NCBI GenBank assembly: GCA_004284765.1
Contig: NQJD01000024.1
Location: 1-32,000 of the forward strand
Source of the DNA: Candidatus Electronema aureum
GTDB lineage: Bacteria; Desulfobacterota; Desulfobulbia; Desulfobulbales; Desulfobulbaceae
DNA: 32,000 bases
Direction: 5' to 3'
Positions within the stretch are counted from its first letter, which is position 1. Every line of letters starts with the position of its first letter. The position numbers and the translations under genes are program-made. Of the stretch, positions 7,475 to 17,362 are shown piece after piece. Below the pieces are notes generated by a model. The model was given only the letters and a program-made list of their open reading frames with translations. It did not search any database and had not been told where the DNA came from.

Positions 7475-7503
7475 ATGATATGCAACGTTGCGCGATGCGT
7501 CAA
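7475..7503 (-). promoter_or_regulatory. Putative higBA promoter with an operator palindrome in the spacer
   Basis: The minus strand reads TTGACG-17 nt-TATCAT. The 10-bp perfect palindrome GCAACGTTGC (7482-7491) lies in the spacer. The ATG begins only 6 nt after the -10 box. Confidence 0.5.
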
Positions 7504-7521
7504 CAGTGCAGAGAGGTGCCC

Positions 7522-8535
7522 CTACTTGCGCCGCAGTATGGCACGAATGTCTGCTAATGCCTCGCGGTATTCCTCCAGCAAGGGATAACTAATCTCCTCG
7601 GCAAGCTGCACAGCCCGGCTCATGTACGCTTCCGCCTGCCTCAGGTCGCCCTGCTTTATGTATGCACGGCTAACATTCCAGCTCATCATTGCTTCTCCTA
7701 CCTTGTTGCCAATCTCTTGGCTGCTGCGCAGGGTTTCTATGTTGATGTGCAGGCAAAAGTTGTTCAGCATCATGCCTTCATCCTTACCAATCTCATGAAA
7801 GAGGATACGGCACTGCTCATACAGAGGCAAAGCTTTGTCATAGTCGCCCATTGCCAGATAAATCTCAGCGATGTTGTTCAGTATAATGCCTTCCCCTTCC
7901 TTGTCGCTGAACTCTTGTTCAATAGCCAAGCTCTGCTCATACAGAGACAATGCCTCCGTGTACTTGTCAACGCGGTGCAGGTCATAGGCTGCCTCATGCA
8001 GGTACAGCGAGCGTTCCCTCTTGCTCTCCTCCGGCAGCAGGGCAGCGGCCTTCTGCCAGTAGGCAGCGGCCTTGGCGTGGTGCCACTGGAGGCGTTGCAG
8101 GCGGGCGTTGTCCGCATGGGCCTCCGCCGCAGCCATGCTGTGCTGGCGGGCAACATCCTCCAGCAGTGCCTCGGCTTGGGCGTAGTCGCCGCGCTCAATG
8201 GCCTGTTTGGCCGCTTGGTTGTCGCCCACGCGGGCAAGCAGTTCCTTGTACTGCCCGGCTATCTCCCGCAGCTTGCTGTCCAGATCGCTGTGCGGCACCT
8301 GCTGCTCCTCCAGTATCTTGAAGAAGCTGGCAAGGGCGGAGTCCGTGACCGCGAGCTTGCCTGCGTACTCAGCGAAGAGCGCAGGAGGGATGCCGTTCAC
8401 CGTGACATTGCCGGTGCCGGAGAAGATGTTACCATCTCCGCGCACCGTCTGCGTGACGTTCTCCTGTTTGCCGATGGCGTGGTCGCCTTGGCCGACGTTC
8501 TGCTCGCCGCCGCTGCTGTTGAAGTGGTTGGTCAT
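7522..8535 (-). CDS. TPR-repeat protein with a Gly/Asn/Thr-rich N-terminal segment
   Basis: TPR-like repeats are present (LSLYEQSLAIEQE, ALPLYEQCRILFHEIG, AYIKQGDLRQAEAYMSRAVQLAEE). I took the start at the ATG at 8535 (MTNHFNSSGGEQ) because the longer track ORF would read through the REP-like hairpins. Confidence 0.7.
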   Translation of the reverse strand: MTNHFNSSGGEQNVGQGDHAIGKQENVTQTVRGDGNIFSGTGNVTVNGIPPALFAEYAGKLAVTDSALASFFKILEEQQVPHSDLDSKLREIAGQYKELLARVGDNQAAKQAIERGDYAQAEALLEDVARQHSMAAAEAHADNARLQRLQWHHAKAAAYWQKAAALLPEESKRERSLYLHEAAYDLHRVDKYTEALSLYEQSLAIEQEFSDKEGEGIILNNIAEIYLAMGDYDKALPLYEQCRILFHEIGKDEGMMLNNFCLHINIETLRSSQEIGNKVGEAMMSWNVSRAYIKQGDLRQAEAYMSRAVQLAEEISYPLLEEYREALADIRAILRRK

Positions 8536-8548
8536 GTCTCCCCCGGTT

Positions 8549-8574
8549 GTAGGGGCGGCCCCCTGTGGCCGCCC
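8549..8574. repeat. Hairpin element B (GTAGGGGC GGCC-ccctgt-GGCC GCCC)
   Basis: Perfect 8-bp stem GGGCGGCC/GGCCGCCC preceded by GTA. It lies in the ppnP-TPR intergenic region. Confidence 0.65.
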
Positions 8575-8597
8575 TGTTCGGCGCATCGGACACCGCT

Positions 8598-8623
8598 GGG
8601 CAGGCACGGGGGCCTGCCCCTAC
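8598..8623. repeat. Hairpin element C, inverted relative to element B
   Basis: GGGCAGGC-acgggg-GCCTGCCC-CTAC. Its reverse complement GTAGGGGCAGGCCCCCGTGCCTGCCC matches element B at most positions. Confidence 0.65.
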
Positions 8624-8654
8624 CGAATCACCTACCGCCCCTTGCCGTGTGCCT

Positions 8655-8972
8655 TCACTCTGCCAAGAACGAGCAGCAGTAATCCGTCACCGTCTTGACC
8701 TGCATCTTGAATTTCGACTTCGCAGGCACCTCGAACGCCTCGCCTCCCTTTACCGCCTGCCAGCCAGAATTCTGCGGCAGCAGCACGTCCAGCTCGCCGG
8801 AGTGTATCTCCATCAGCTCCTTGGCATCCGTGTTGAACTCGTACTCGCCGGGCAGCATGATGCCCAGTGTCTTCTTGGAGCCGTCGGCAAAGACGACCGT
8901 GCGGCTGGTCACTTTGCCGTCAAAGTAGATGTTCGCCTTGTGCAAGACGGTCACATTGCTGAATGCAGACAT
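8655..8972 (-). CDS. ppnP: Pyrimidine/purine nucleoside phosphorylase PpnP (DUF1255/YaiE family)
   Basis: 105 aa. ANIYFDGKVTSRTV.....KKTLGIMLPGEYEFNTDAKELMEIHSGELDVLLP....WQ....GE.FEVPA.S.F resembles E. coli PpnP along its whole length. Confidence 0.85.
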   Translation of the reverse strand: MSAFSNVTVLHKANIYFDGKVTSRTVVFADGSKKTLGIMLPGEYEFNTDAKELMEIHSGELDVLLPQNSGWQAVKGGEAFEVPAKSKFKMQVKTVTDYCCSFLAE

Positions 8973-9022
8973 GGCAATCGTATCCTGTATGAAGAGTAGT
9001 GAAAGAGGAAGACAGAGAAGAT

Positions 9023-9514
9023 TCAGGCCGCCTTCTGCTGTCTTGTATCAGCCCGCTGCTCCAGATACTGGATCAGCAGGAACAGGCCCACGCCAACCGT
9101 GATGCCGGAGTCAGCGACGTTGAACGCGGGCCAGTGATGCTCCTTGATGTGGAAGTCAAGGAAGTCAATCACCGAGCCTTGTTTCAGCCGGTCAATCACG
9201 TTGCCGACCGCGCCGCCGCTGATCAGACCGAAGCTGACCGCGTAGAGAGGGTTTTGCTGGCCAAGCCTGCGCTGCATAAGCACCATTACGATCAGCGCGG
9301 TGCTGGCCACACCGACGAAGAAGACCTGCCGCCAGAGCAGGGGCATGTTGGAGAGCATCCCGAAGGCCGCGCCGGTGTTGTGCACCAGCACAAGGTTGAA
9401 GAAGCCGGGGATGACCGGCATCGAGTCGTGCAGGGCGAAGTTCTCGACAATCCAGAGCTTGGTCAGCTGGTCGCTGATCACGACCAGCAGCATAATGAGC
9501 AAAAACCGGAGCAT
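9023..9514 (-). CDS. lspA: Lipoprotein signal peptidase II
   Basis: HNTGAAFGML and FNVADSGITVG motifs, with 4 predicted TM segments. The start at 9514 (MLRFLLIML) lies 2 nt after the ileS stop, the classic ileS-lspA arrangement. Confidence 0.9.
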   Translation of the reverse strand: MLRFLLIMLLVVISDQLTKLWIVENFALHDSMPVIPGFFNLVLVHNTGAAFGMLSNMPLLWRQVFFVGVASTALIVMVLMQRRLGQQNPLYAVSFGLISGGAVGNVIDRLKQGSVIDFLDFHIKEHHWPAFNVADSGITVGVGLFLLIQYLEQRADTRQQKAA

Positions 9515-9516
9515 AA

Positions 9517-12327
9517 TCACCCTGCCAGATTGCGGACAACGGCGGCGCAGCGGCTGCACAGGGCAGGATGCTCGCTGTCTTGGCCGACGCTGGGGGAGAG
9601 CATCCAGCAGCGCTCGCATTTACCGCCCGGCGCGGGCCGCACCGCGATCTTCAGCCCGGTGATTTCCTCGGAGGCGGTGAAGGCGGCCTCGTCTGCTGTG
9701 CTGGCCATTTTCAGGCTGGAGACGATGCACAGCTCGCGCAGCAGCTCTTCTTTGCCGACAAGGAAGGCCGCCAACTCTCCTTCCGCGCACAGCAGCACCT
9801 CGGCATCCAAAGACAGGCCGATGGTCTTGTCGCGGCGGGCGGCCTCCAGCACCTTGGTGATTTCGCCGCGCAGAGCCAGCAGGCGACTCCAGCGCGTGTC
9901 CAGCTCGGCATCAGTGGTGATGTCATCAACCTTGGGGAATGCAGCAAAAAAGACCGACTGCTCAATGGGCGAGTTCTCGTCCAAGCCGTGCAGATGCTCC
10001 CACGCCTCGGCAGCGGTGACGCTGAGAATCGGGGCCATCAGGCGGAGCAGACCGTCGAGAATCCGATGCAGCACGGTCTGCGCTGCGCGGCGGCCCGGAG
10101 CGTTGGTGCCGGAGCAATACAGCCGGTCTTTGAGGATGTCGGCGTAGAGACTGGAGATGGTGATGCCGCAGAAGTTGATCAGGTTGTGGTAGATGGAGTG
10201 GAACTCGTAGCTCTCATACGCACGTTCCGTTCGACGCACGAAATCGGCGTAGCGGGCCAAGGCCCAGCGGTCCAGCTCGCGCAGCTGCTCCGGCCCGACG
10301 CTGTCCTTGGCCGGGTCGAAATCGCTGAGATTCGAGAGCAGGAAGCGGACAGTGTTGCGGATTTTGCGGTAGGCATCAGCAACATGGCGGAGGATTTCCT
10401 CCGAAACCTTGACATCGTCGCGGTAATCCTCGCAGGCCACCCAGAGACGGAGTATCTCCGCCCCAAATTTGTCAATCATTTCCTGTGGCAGGATGACATT
10501 GCCCAAGGATTTGGACATCTTCTTGCCCTTGCCGTCCACGACAAAGCCGTGCGTGAGCACGCCCTTGAACGGCGCGCAATCACGGGTACCGACCGAAGTC
10601 AGTAGCGAAGACTGGAACCAGCCGCGATGCTGGTCGCTGCCTTCGAGGTACAAATCCGCAGGCGAGCGCAGCTCTGGCCGTGCCTCCAAGACCGCCGCGT
10701 GGCTCACGCCAGAATCGAACCAGACATCGAGAATGTCGTGCTCTTTCTCAAACTTGCTGCTGCCGCAGGCGCACTGCGTCCCGACAGGGATGAAATCCGC
10801 CGCCTCGTGCTGGAACCAAGCATCCGCGCCTTCCTGGGCAAACAGCTCCTCAATCTTGGCGCAGACTTCGGCGTTTTTGAGGATATCGCCGCAGCTGGCG
10901 CAAGTCAGCACGGTCAGCGGCACGCCCCACGAGCGTTGGCGCGACAGGCACCAGTCAGGCCGCCCTTCAACCATGCCTTGAATCCGCTGCTCGCCCCAAG
11001 CTGGTGTCCACTGCACTGCCTTGATGGCGGCCAAGGCCTTCTGGCGCAGCTCGTTCTGCTCCATCGAAATAAACCATTGCTTGGTGGCCCGGTAGATGAC
11101 CGGCTTCTTGCAACGCCAGCAGTGCGGGTAGGAGTGGTCGATCTCGCTCTCCTTGACCAAAACCCCGGCGGCAGCCATGTCGTCGTTGATCTCCCGGTTG
11201 ACCATCGGGATGCGGCGGCCCGCGTACTTGCCAGCCTCGCCCGTGTATTGCCCCGCGTCGTCCAAGGGCGAGAGCACTTCCAAGCCGTAGCGCAGGCCGG
11301 TCAGGTAGTCGTCGGTGCCGTGGCCAGGCGCGGTGTGAACGCAGCCGGTGCCGGAATCAGCGGTGACGTAATCAGCCAGCACGATCAGCGAGTCGCGCTC
11401 AAGGAAGGGATGACGGCATTTCTTACCTTCCAAGCCTTTGGCCGAGAAGGTGCAGAGGATGCTGTAGTCACTGATGCCGAACTCGGTGAAGCATTTCTCC
11501 ACCAGCTCTTTGGCGAGTATCCAGATTTCATCGCGCACCGCCACTGCCGCATAGACAAAATCCGGGTGGAAGGCCACGGCCATGTTGGCGGGCAGCGTCC
11601 ACGGAGTGGTGGTCCAGATCAGGACAGAGACCTTGCGCTCCTGCCCCGCCAGCTCAGGAATGATCTCGCTCAGGTCGTCGGCAAAGGGGAATTTGACGTA
11701 AATGGACGGCGAGCTGTGGTTGTAGTATTCCACCTCAGCCTCGGCTAAGGCAGTGCGGCAGCTGGAGCACCAATAGACTGGCTTCTTCGAGCGGATCACC
11801 CCGCCGTTGAGCAGGAAGCGGTTGAACTCGCGGGCAATGGCAGCCTCATAGCCGTAGCTCATGGTCAGATAGGGGTTGTCCCAATCACCCAAGACACCCA
11901 GCCGCCGGAACTGCGCCTTCTGCGCGTTAATCCACTGCTCCGCATAGCGACGGCAGGCCCCGCGCTTCTCCAGCGTGGAGATCACTTCCTTGCGCTCGCC
12001 CAGTTCCTTATCCACGTTATGCTCGATAGGCAGACCGTGGCAATCCCAGCCCGGCACATAAGGGGCGTTGAACCCAGCCATGCGCCGCGATTTAAGGATG
12101 ATGTCCTTGAGCACCTTGTTAAAGGCCGTACCAAGATGGATGTTGCCGTTGGCGTAGGGCGGGCCGTCATGCAGAGTGAACAGGGGCCGGTCCGCCGCAG
12201 CCTGCTGGAGCTTCTCGTACAGCTTCTCCCTGTCCCAGCGTTCCAGATACTGCGGCTCCTTCTGGGTCAGACTGGCCTTCATATTGAACCCGGTCTTGGG
12301 CAGGTTCAGGGTGTCCCGATAATCCAT
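9517..12327 (-). CDS. ileS: Isoleucine--tRNA ligase (type 1, with C-terminal zinc-binding Cys pairs)
   Basis: PPYANGNIHLGTA (HIGH region), KMSKSLGN (KMSKS), and CERCW...CSRC at the C-terminus. I chose the start at MDYRDTLNLPKT (12327) over the 15-codon upstream extension. Confidence 0.95.
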   Translation of the reverse strand: MDYRDTLNLPKTGFNMKASLTQKEPQYLERWDREKLYEKLQQAAADRPLFTLHDGPPYANGNIHLGTAFNKVLKDIILKSRRMAGFNAPYVPGWDCHGLPIEHNVDKELGERKEVISTLEKRGACRRYAEQWINAQKAQFRRLGVLGDWDNPYLTMSYGYEAAIAREFNRFLLNGGVIRSKKPVYWCSSCRTALAEAEVEYYNHSSPSIYVKFPFADDLSEIIPELAGQERKVSVLIWTTTPWTLPANMAVAFHPDFVYAAVAVRDEIWILAKELVEKCFTEFGISDYSILCTFSAKGLEGKKCRHPFLERDSLIVLADYVTADSGTGCVHTAPGHGTDDYLTGLRYGLEVLSPLDDAGQYTGEAGKYAGRRIPMVNREINDDMAAAGVLVKESEIDHSYPHCWRCKKPVIYRATKQWFISMEQNELRQKALAAIKAVQWTPAWGEQRIQGMVEGRPDWCLSRQRSWGVPLTVLTCASCGDILKNAEVCAKIEELFAQEGADAWFQHEAADFIPVGTQCACGSSKFEKEHDILDVWFDSGVSHAAVLEARPELRSPADLYLEGSDQHRGWFQSSLLTSVGTRDCAPFKGVLTHGFVVDGKGKKMSKSLGNVILPQEMIDKFGAEILRLWVACEDYRDDVKVSEEILRHVADAYRKIRNTVRFLLSNLSDFDPAKDSVGPEQLRELDRWALARYADFVRRTERAYESYEFHSIYHNLINFCGITISSLYADILKDRLYCSGTNAPGRRAAQTVLHRILDGLLRLMAPILSVTAAEAWEHLHGLDENSPIEQSVFFAAFPKVDDITTDAELDTRWSRLLALRGEITKVLEAARRDKTIGLSLDAEVLLCAEGELAAFLVGKEELLRELCIVSSLKMASTADEAAFTASEEITGLKIAVRPAPGGKCERCWMLSPSVGQDSEHPALCSRCAAVVRNLAG

Positions 12328-12496
12328 GATTATTCTCGCGGAAAAGAAGATATTGTTGTTTTGACAATTCACGCCTGCGGGCAGCCCGCTTTAGCGATGC
12401 AGGCAGGAGGCAAAACTAAAAGATTTTACTCGGACATGGGGAAGATGCAAGGGAAAACGGTCTGATCGCCGGGCAGCAGCGAGCGGTGAAGTTTGC

Positions 12497-13345
12497 TTAT
12501 CCTCGCTCAAACTTCTTGCGGAAATAGTCGTAAGCCGCATTGATCTCCTTCATCTTCTCCTCGGCCACACGCTTGAACTCCGCACCCAGATGCGCCACCT
12601 TGTCAGGATGATACTGCATGGAAAGCTGACGGTAGGCTTTCTTGATCACAGCGAAGTCAGCGTTTTCCTCCACGCCCAGCACGGTGCGCCAGCGCAATTC
12701 CTGGCTGGCTGCTGTTGCCATGCTCGCGCCGCTGGTATGGTGGCCGTAGCGGTATTTGTTCTCGATAGTCTGCCGCTCGTAGGTGCTGATCTGAAGGAAG
12801 GCGGCGATGCGGCGGGCAAATTCCAGCTGCTGCTCCAGCACCGGTTTGGCGGTGTAGATGATCTGGTAGATCAACTCCAAGAGAATCAGGCGCGGCTCAT
12901 AGGCAAAGCTGGTGCGGAACTCGGTCAATAGTTCCTCCAAATCCTGACTACTGTCTCTGGCCTGCTTGATCAATTGTTTGACCCAGTACATCTGCTCCTG
13001 ATTGTAGCGGAGCGAGTGCTGGAAGAAGTTGAGCATAGTGCGCAGCTCAGACTGGGTAAAGCGTCCGTCCGTCTTGGCAATGCTCACCAAGATGTTGACC
13101 AGCAGATAGACAAAGCGGTTGTGGCTGGCAGTTTGTGAGCGTTCGTAGGCGGCGGCCCGCTTGCGCATGGAATAGACGAAGCCGAAGAAGGCGGCAGCTC
13201 CAATCAGCGGCACAGCGACTGCGAGCAAGAGGAGCCACGAGACAAAATTGCCCACTGCCTGCCAACCGCCAACGGCTAGCAGGATAAGGACGATAATCAG
13301 GAGGCAGCCGCCGCAGCCGGGCGTGCTGGATTGGCGTTTTCCCAT
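12497..13345 (-). CDS. Membrane-anchored co-chaperone-like protein: TM segments + TerB-like domain + C-terminal J domain (DjlA-like)
   Basis: The N-terminus is hydrophobic. VSIAKTDGRFTQSELRTMLNFF is TerB/DjlA-like. The C-terminal J domain reads AVIKKAYRQLSMQYHPDK, with HPD. Confidence 0.75.
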   Translation of the reverse strand: MGKRQSSTPGCGGCLLIIVLILLAVGGWQAVGNFVSWLLLLAVAVPLIGAAAFFGFVYSMRKRAAAYERSQTASHNRFVYLLVNILVSIAKTDGRFTQSELRTMLNFFQHSLRYNQEQMYWVKQLIKQARDSSQDLEELLTEFRTSFAYEPRLILLELIYQIIYTAKPVLEQQLEFARRIAAFLQISTYERQTIENKYRYGHHTSGASMATAASQELRWRTVLGVEENADFAVIKKAYRQLSMQYHPDKVAHLGAEFKRVAEEKMKEINAAYDYFRKKFERG

Positions 13346-13357
13346 CAGACTGGCGGC

Positions 13358-14437
13358 TTAGATTGGTTGCGGTTCGCTGCCCGCGTCATCGCGGCTGAAC
13401 AAAGCATCAACAAACTCCTGCGGATCAAAGTCGCGCAGGTCGTCGGCCTGCTCGCCGATGCCGATGAAGCGCACCGGAATTTTCAGCTCGTGGCAGATGT
13501 TGGCGACAATGCCGCCCTTAGCTGTACCGTCCAATTTGGTTAAGGTCAGGCCAGTTACGCCCACTGCCTCATGAAAGAGCTTGGCCTGCGAAAGGGCGTT
13601 CTGGCCGGTGGTGGCATCCAAGACCAGCATGACCTCATGCGGCGCGCTGGGCATGTTCTTGCCGATCACCCGCCGTATCTTCTTCAGCTCCTCCATCAAA
13701 TTGACGCTGGTGTGCAGCCGTCCAGCAGTGTCAATGATGATCACGTCGTACTTCTTGGCGATGCCCTTGGCCACGCCGTCAAAGACCACTGAGGAAGGAT
13801 CCGCCTTGGGCAGCCCGCTATGCACCTCCACGCCGGTGCGCTCGCCCCAGATCTTGAGCTGGTCAATGGCAGCGGCGCGGAAGGTGTCGCCCGCCACTAA
13901 CAATACCGATTGGCCGGACTTAACAAACTTGGCGGCAATCTTGCCGATAGAGGTGGTCTTGCCCACGCCATTCACGCCCACCACCATGATCACAAAGGGG
14001 CCGGACTCCGGCAGCACCAGCTCTGCCGGGCGGTTGGAAGCAAGGAGGAAGGCGAGAATCTGCTCGCGCAGCACCTGTTTCAGGGCCTGCGGATCACTGA
14101 GCTGGTCACGCTTAACCCGCTCCTTGGCCGTCTCCAGCAGATGCAGGGCCGTATTCACACCCAAATCAGCAGTGATCAGCAATTCCTCCAGCTCATCATA
14201 CAGCTCCTGGTCAATCTTCTTCCGGCCAAGCAGCAGGCGGTCAAGCCGATGCACCAAGGTGTCTCGACTCTTACCCAGCCGCTCTTGCAACCGTTTGAAC
14301 ATCGAGGGCTTTTGCTGCTCAACGCCAGCCGCCGGTGGGGGTCGCGAAGAGGCAGCCTCCTGTTCGGCAGGCGGGGCGGCAGCAGTTACCGCAGGCTCCT
14401 CCTGTTGGAAGAATTTCTTTTTAAACCAGCCCAGCAT
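13358..14437 (-). CDS. ftsY: Signal recognition particle receptor FtsY
   Basis: An acidic/Pro-Ala-rich N-terminus is followed by an NG domain with [19 protein letters not shown] and [10 protein letters not shown]. Confidence 0.95.
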   Translation of the reverse strand: MLGWFKKKFFQQEEPAVTAAAPPAEQEAASSRPPPAAGVEQQKPSMFKRLQERLGKSRDTLVHRLDRLLLGRKKIDQELYDELEELLITADLGVNTALHLLETAKERVKRDQLSDPQALKQVLREQILAFLLASNRPAELVLPESGPFVIMVVGVNGVGKTTSIGKIAAKFVKSGQSVLLVAGDTFRAAAIDQLKIWGERTGVEVHSGLPKADPSSVVFDGVAKGIAKKYDVIIIDTAGRLHTSVNLMEELKKIRRVIGKNMPSAPHEVMLVLDATTGQNALSQAKLFHEAVGVTGLTLTKLDGTAKGGIVANICHELKIPVRFIGIGEQADDLRDFDPQEFVDALFSRDDAGSEPQPI

Positions 14438-14508
14438 AGCTCGTAACCCTCTTGGATAATGTCATTTTTATATAGCTGAAGCCGAAGGGAACCTCCCTCC
14501 CATCCATG

Positions 14509-14577
14509 CCAAATACATGCTGGCATGTTCCTCAAATACATGCAGAATGGTTTCTGGAACACATGCCGGATGCAAGC
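14509..14577. repeat. About 3 imperfect tandem 23-bp units, each carrying ACATGC
   Basis: ACATGC occurs at 14514, 14537 and 14560, exactly 23 bp apart. Units 1 and 2 share CAAATACATGC. The reverse-complement hexamer GCATGT occurs at 14522 and 14575. Confidence 0.6.
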
Positions 14578-14587
14578 ATGTGGCAAT

Positions 14588-14615
14588 GTATGGGCAAAAA
14601 ATTTTTCGCCCATAC
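14588..14615. repeat. Hairpin element D (GTATGGGCaaaaaa/tttttcGCCCATAC)
   Basis: The 8-bp GC-rich stem ends plus an A/T extension lie 26 nt downstream of the lon stop (14641). Confidence 0.65.
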
Positions 14616-14640
14616 TCAAGTTGCAGCTTATGCAGGAAAG

Positions 14641-17016
14641 CTATTGCTCCGCCTGTTTGTCGAGAACAAACTCCAGAGCTTCCTCGATGGTGTGCGGGTA
14701 GCGGAAGACCGCCTCGGCGCGCACCTTCTCAGGCATTTCCAGCACATCCTGCTCGTTCTGCGGCGGCAGAATCAGTTCTTTGATCCCGGCCCGCAAGGCG
14801 GCCAGCACCTTCTCGTTGATGCCGCCGACCGGCAGCACGTCGCCGCGCAGGGTGATCTCGCCGGTCATGGCCACGTCGCGGCGCAGCGGTTTGCCGCTGA
14901 TCACCGAGTAAAGCGCGCTGACCATCGCCACGCCAGCAGAAGGGCCGTCCTTGGGAGTCGCGCCTTCCGGGACATGGACGTGCAGATCAATCTGCGAGAA
15001 CACATCCTCGTCAATGTTCAAGGCTGTTGCATGAGAGCGGAGATAAGTCAGGGCGGCAGCGGCGGATTCCTTCATCACGTCGCCGAGCTTGCCGGTCAGA
15101 CTGAGACCGCCTTTGCCCTTCATCTTCGAGGTCTCAATGAAGAGTATCTTGCCGCCAACCGGTGTCCACGCCAAGCCCGTGGCTAATCCTGCTCCCCAGT
15201 TGCGGGCTTTGACCTCTGGGAAATAGTGAATCACACCGAGGTAGTCGTGCAGACTCTCCGGCGTAACCACGATCTTCTCTTTGTTGCCACGCACGATATT
15301 GGCAGCCACGCCCCGGCAGACTGAGGCCAGTTCGCGCTCCAAGTTGCGCACGCCCGCCTCGCGGGTATAAGAGCGGATCAGCTCCAGCAAGGCCGCGTCG
15401 CCCATCTCCAGATTATCCGGGGTGAGGGCGTGCTCTTGCAGCTGCTTGGGTAGCAAATAGCGGCGGGCGATATCCACCTTCTCATTCTCAGTATAACTGG
15501 AAAGCTCCACCACCTCCATGCGGTCACGCAGCGGGCCGGGGATGGTGTCGAGCATGTTGGCCGTGGCGATGAAGAGTATCTTGGACAAGTCAAACTCCAT
15601 GTCCAGATAATGATCACGGAAGGTGGAGTTCTGTTCCGGGTCCAGCACTTCGAGCAGGGCCGAGGAAGGATCGCCCCGGAAGTCGCTGCCCAATTTGTCT
15701 ATTTCGTCTAAGAGCACAACCGGGTTCTTCGAGTCTGCCCGCTTCAGGCTCTGGATGATCCGGCCCGGCAATGCGCCAATGTAGGTGCGCCGATGGCCGC
15801 GAATCTCGGCCTCGTCACGCAGACCGCCCAAGGCCATGCGGATGAACTTACGGCCCATTGTTTTCGCAATAGACTGGCCGAGTGAAGTCTTGCCCACGCC
15901 CGGAGGACCGGCAAGGCAAAGAATCGGCCCTTGAATGTCGTTCTTCAGCTTGCGCACAGCAAGGAATTCAAGGATGCGCTTCTTCACCTGGCCGAGGCCG
16001 TAATGCTCGTTGTCCAAGTCATGCTCGGCTTTGTCCAGATCAAGCGTGTCTTCGGTGGTCTTGTTCCACGGCAGATCGAGGATCCAGTCCACATAGTTGC
16101 GGGCCACCGAGTGTTCAGGAGACGACGGAGAAATCCGCTCCAAACGGGCCAGCTCCTTGTTCACCGCCTTCTGTGCTTCCTCGCTCAGACCGGCGGCTTC
16201 AGCTTTCTTGCGCAGCTCGGTCAGTTCAGCCTTGCCGTCAGACTCCTCCCCAAGCTCCTTGCGGATGGCCTCCATCTGCTGCCGGAGAAAGAACTCGCGC
16301 TGCTTGCCGTCAATCTCCTTCTTGATGTCCTCTTGGAGCTTGTTGCTCATTGCCACGGTTTCAAGCCGCTTATTCAGCTCGCGGGCCACCCGATGCAGCA
16401 GCAGGTTGATCTCGATGATCTCCAGAATCTCCTGTTCTTCCTCAACCTTGAGGTTGAGCTGCGAGGCAACCAAATAAGCAATGTGGTAAGGGTCGGTGAT
16501 TGCGTCAAGGGTAGCAAGAATCTCCTCTGGCATCTCCATCAGCTTGCCCAGCTTTTTAAACTGATTGCGGAGATTAAGGAGCAGGGCCTGCATCTCGTTG
16601 TTGTCCTCATCAAAGACCATTGGCAGCTTGGTAATCCTGCCTTCAATCCAAGGCAACTCTTGAGTGTACTCAGTTACTGCCAGCTTATGCACCCCGCTGA
16701 CCAGTACCTGATAATAGCCTTCGTCGAACTTGGTCACATTGTGAATGTAGCCGACCACGCCAACCCGGTGCAGGTCTTTACTGGTGATCTCCTCAGTAAC
16801 TGAAGCCTGCTTTTTATGACACAGCACCAAACCGATCATTCGGTCGCCGCTCATGGCATGATCCACGAGTTGCATAGCCGAGGTGCTGCCGATTTGGAGC
16901 GGGAATCCCATACCGGGGAAAAAGACGAAACCATGCAGCGGCATGATCGGCAGAATGTCGGGCACGGGCAGGCTGGCAGGGTCTTTCTGTCTGCTGGCTT
17001 GAGCTTGTTCTTCCAT
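14641..17016 (-). CDS. lon: ATP-dependent Lon protease (LonA)
   Basis: N-terminal LON substrate-binding domain, AAA+ module GPPGVGKTS, and protease domain with [10 protein letters not shown] (catalytic Ser). 791 aa. GGAGA lies upstream of the ATG. Confidence 0.95.
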   Translation of the reverse strand: MEEQAQASRQKDPASLPVPDILPIMPLHGFVFFPGMGFPLQIGSTSAMQLVDHAMSGDRMIGLVLCHKKQASVTEEITSKDLHRVGVVGYIHNVTKFDEGYYQVLVSGVHKLAVTEYTQELPWIEGRITKLPMVFDEDNNEMQALLLNLRNQFKKLGKLMEMPEEILATLDAITDPYHIAYLVASQLNLKVEEEQEILEIIEINLLLHRVARELNKRLETVAMSNKLQEDIKKEIDGKQREFFLRQQMEAIRKELGEESDGKAELTELRKKAEAAGLSEEAQKAVNKELARLERISPSSPEHSVARNYVDWILDLPWNKTTEDTLDLDKAEHDLDNEHYGLGQVKKRILEFLAVRKLKNDIQGPILCLAGPPGVGKTSLGQSIAKTMGRKFIRMALGGLRDEAEIRGHRRTYIGALPGRIIQSLKRADSKNPVVLLDEIDKLGSDFRGDPSSALLEVLDPEQNSTFRDHYLDMEFDLSKILFIATANMLDTIPGPLRDRMEVVELSSYTENEKVDIARRYLLPKQLQEHALTPDNLEMGDAALLELIRSYTREAGVRNLERELASVCRGVAANIVRGNKEKIVVTPESLHDYLGVIHYFPEVKARNWGAGLATGLAWTPVGGKILFIETSKMKGKGGLSLTGKLGDVMKESAAAALTYLRSHATALNIDEDVFSQIDLHVHVPEGATPKDGPSAGVAMVSALYSVISGKPLRRDVAMTGEITLRGDVLPVGGINEKVLAALRAGIKELILPPQNEQDVLEMPEKVRAEAVFRYPHTIEEALEFVLDKQAEQ

Positions 17017-17313
17017 GCGTTCTCCGGGAAGTTATATTTATTCTGAAATGCTGAAGAGATTGCGCAGCGATTTTAACGGCACCGGCCTCACTATACTGCC
17101 TCTACCCGGCAGAAAGCAAGCAGTGGGCGGCAGGATAGATGATTTTTCGATAGATAAGGAAAAAGGAAGCTCTTGAAAAAGACGCTGAATACTCTGTGTG
17201 CAGCTCCTATTTGGTATCCACACTGCACCAAAACGCATTGCGCGTTAAGCACTTATGTGGTTGACTGCTGCGACCTGACTGTCACACTACGGAAGAAGCT
17301 GCACAAAAAAGCC

Positions 17314-17342
17314 TTCCAATATCTGCCAACATGCAGTATATT
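17314..17342 (+). promoter_or_regulatory. Putative promoter for tRNA-Arg
   Basis: TTCCAA-17 nt-TATATT, ending 20 nt before the mature tRNA 5' end. Confidence 0.35.
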
Positions 17343-17362
17343 TTTTGTGCTTCCTTCTCACT

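Noticed and set aside
12373-12496. Possible regulatory leader (attenuator-like) upstream of ileS, including the GCGGGC-a-GCCCGC palindrome.
   Set aside because: Only one short stem is present, with too small a loop and no U-run. No alternative pairing or leader-peptide pattern is visible.
17134-17155. GATAGAT direct repeat (17134 and 17149) about 120-140 nt upstream of lon, and a CTTGAAA sigma32-like hexamer at ~17172.
   Set aside because: The 7-mers are short and AT-rich, so they could occur by chance. The CTTGAAA is on the plus strand, the wrong orientation for lon, with no matching -10 element.
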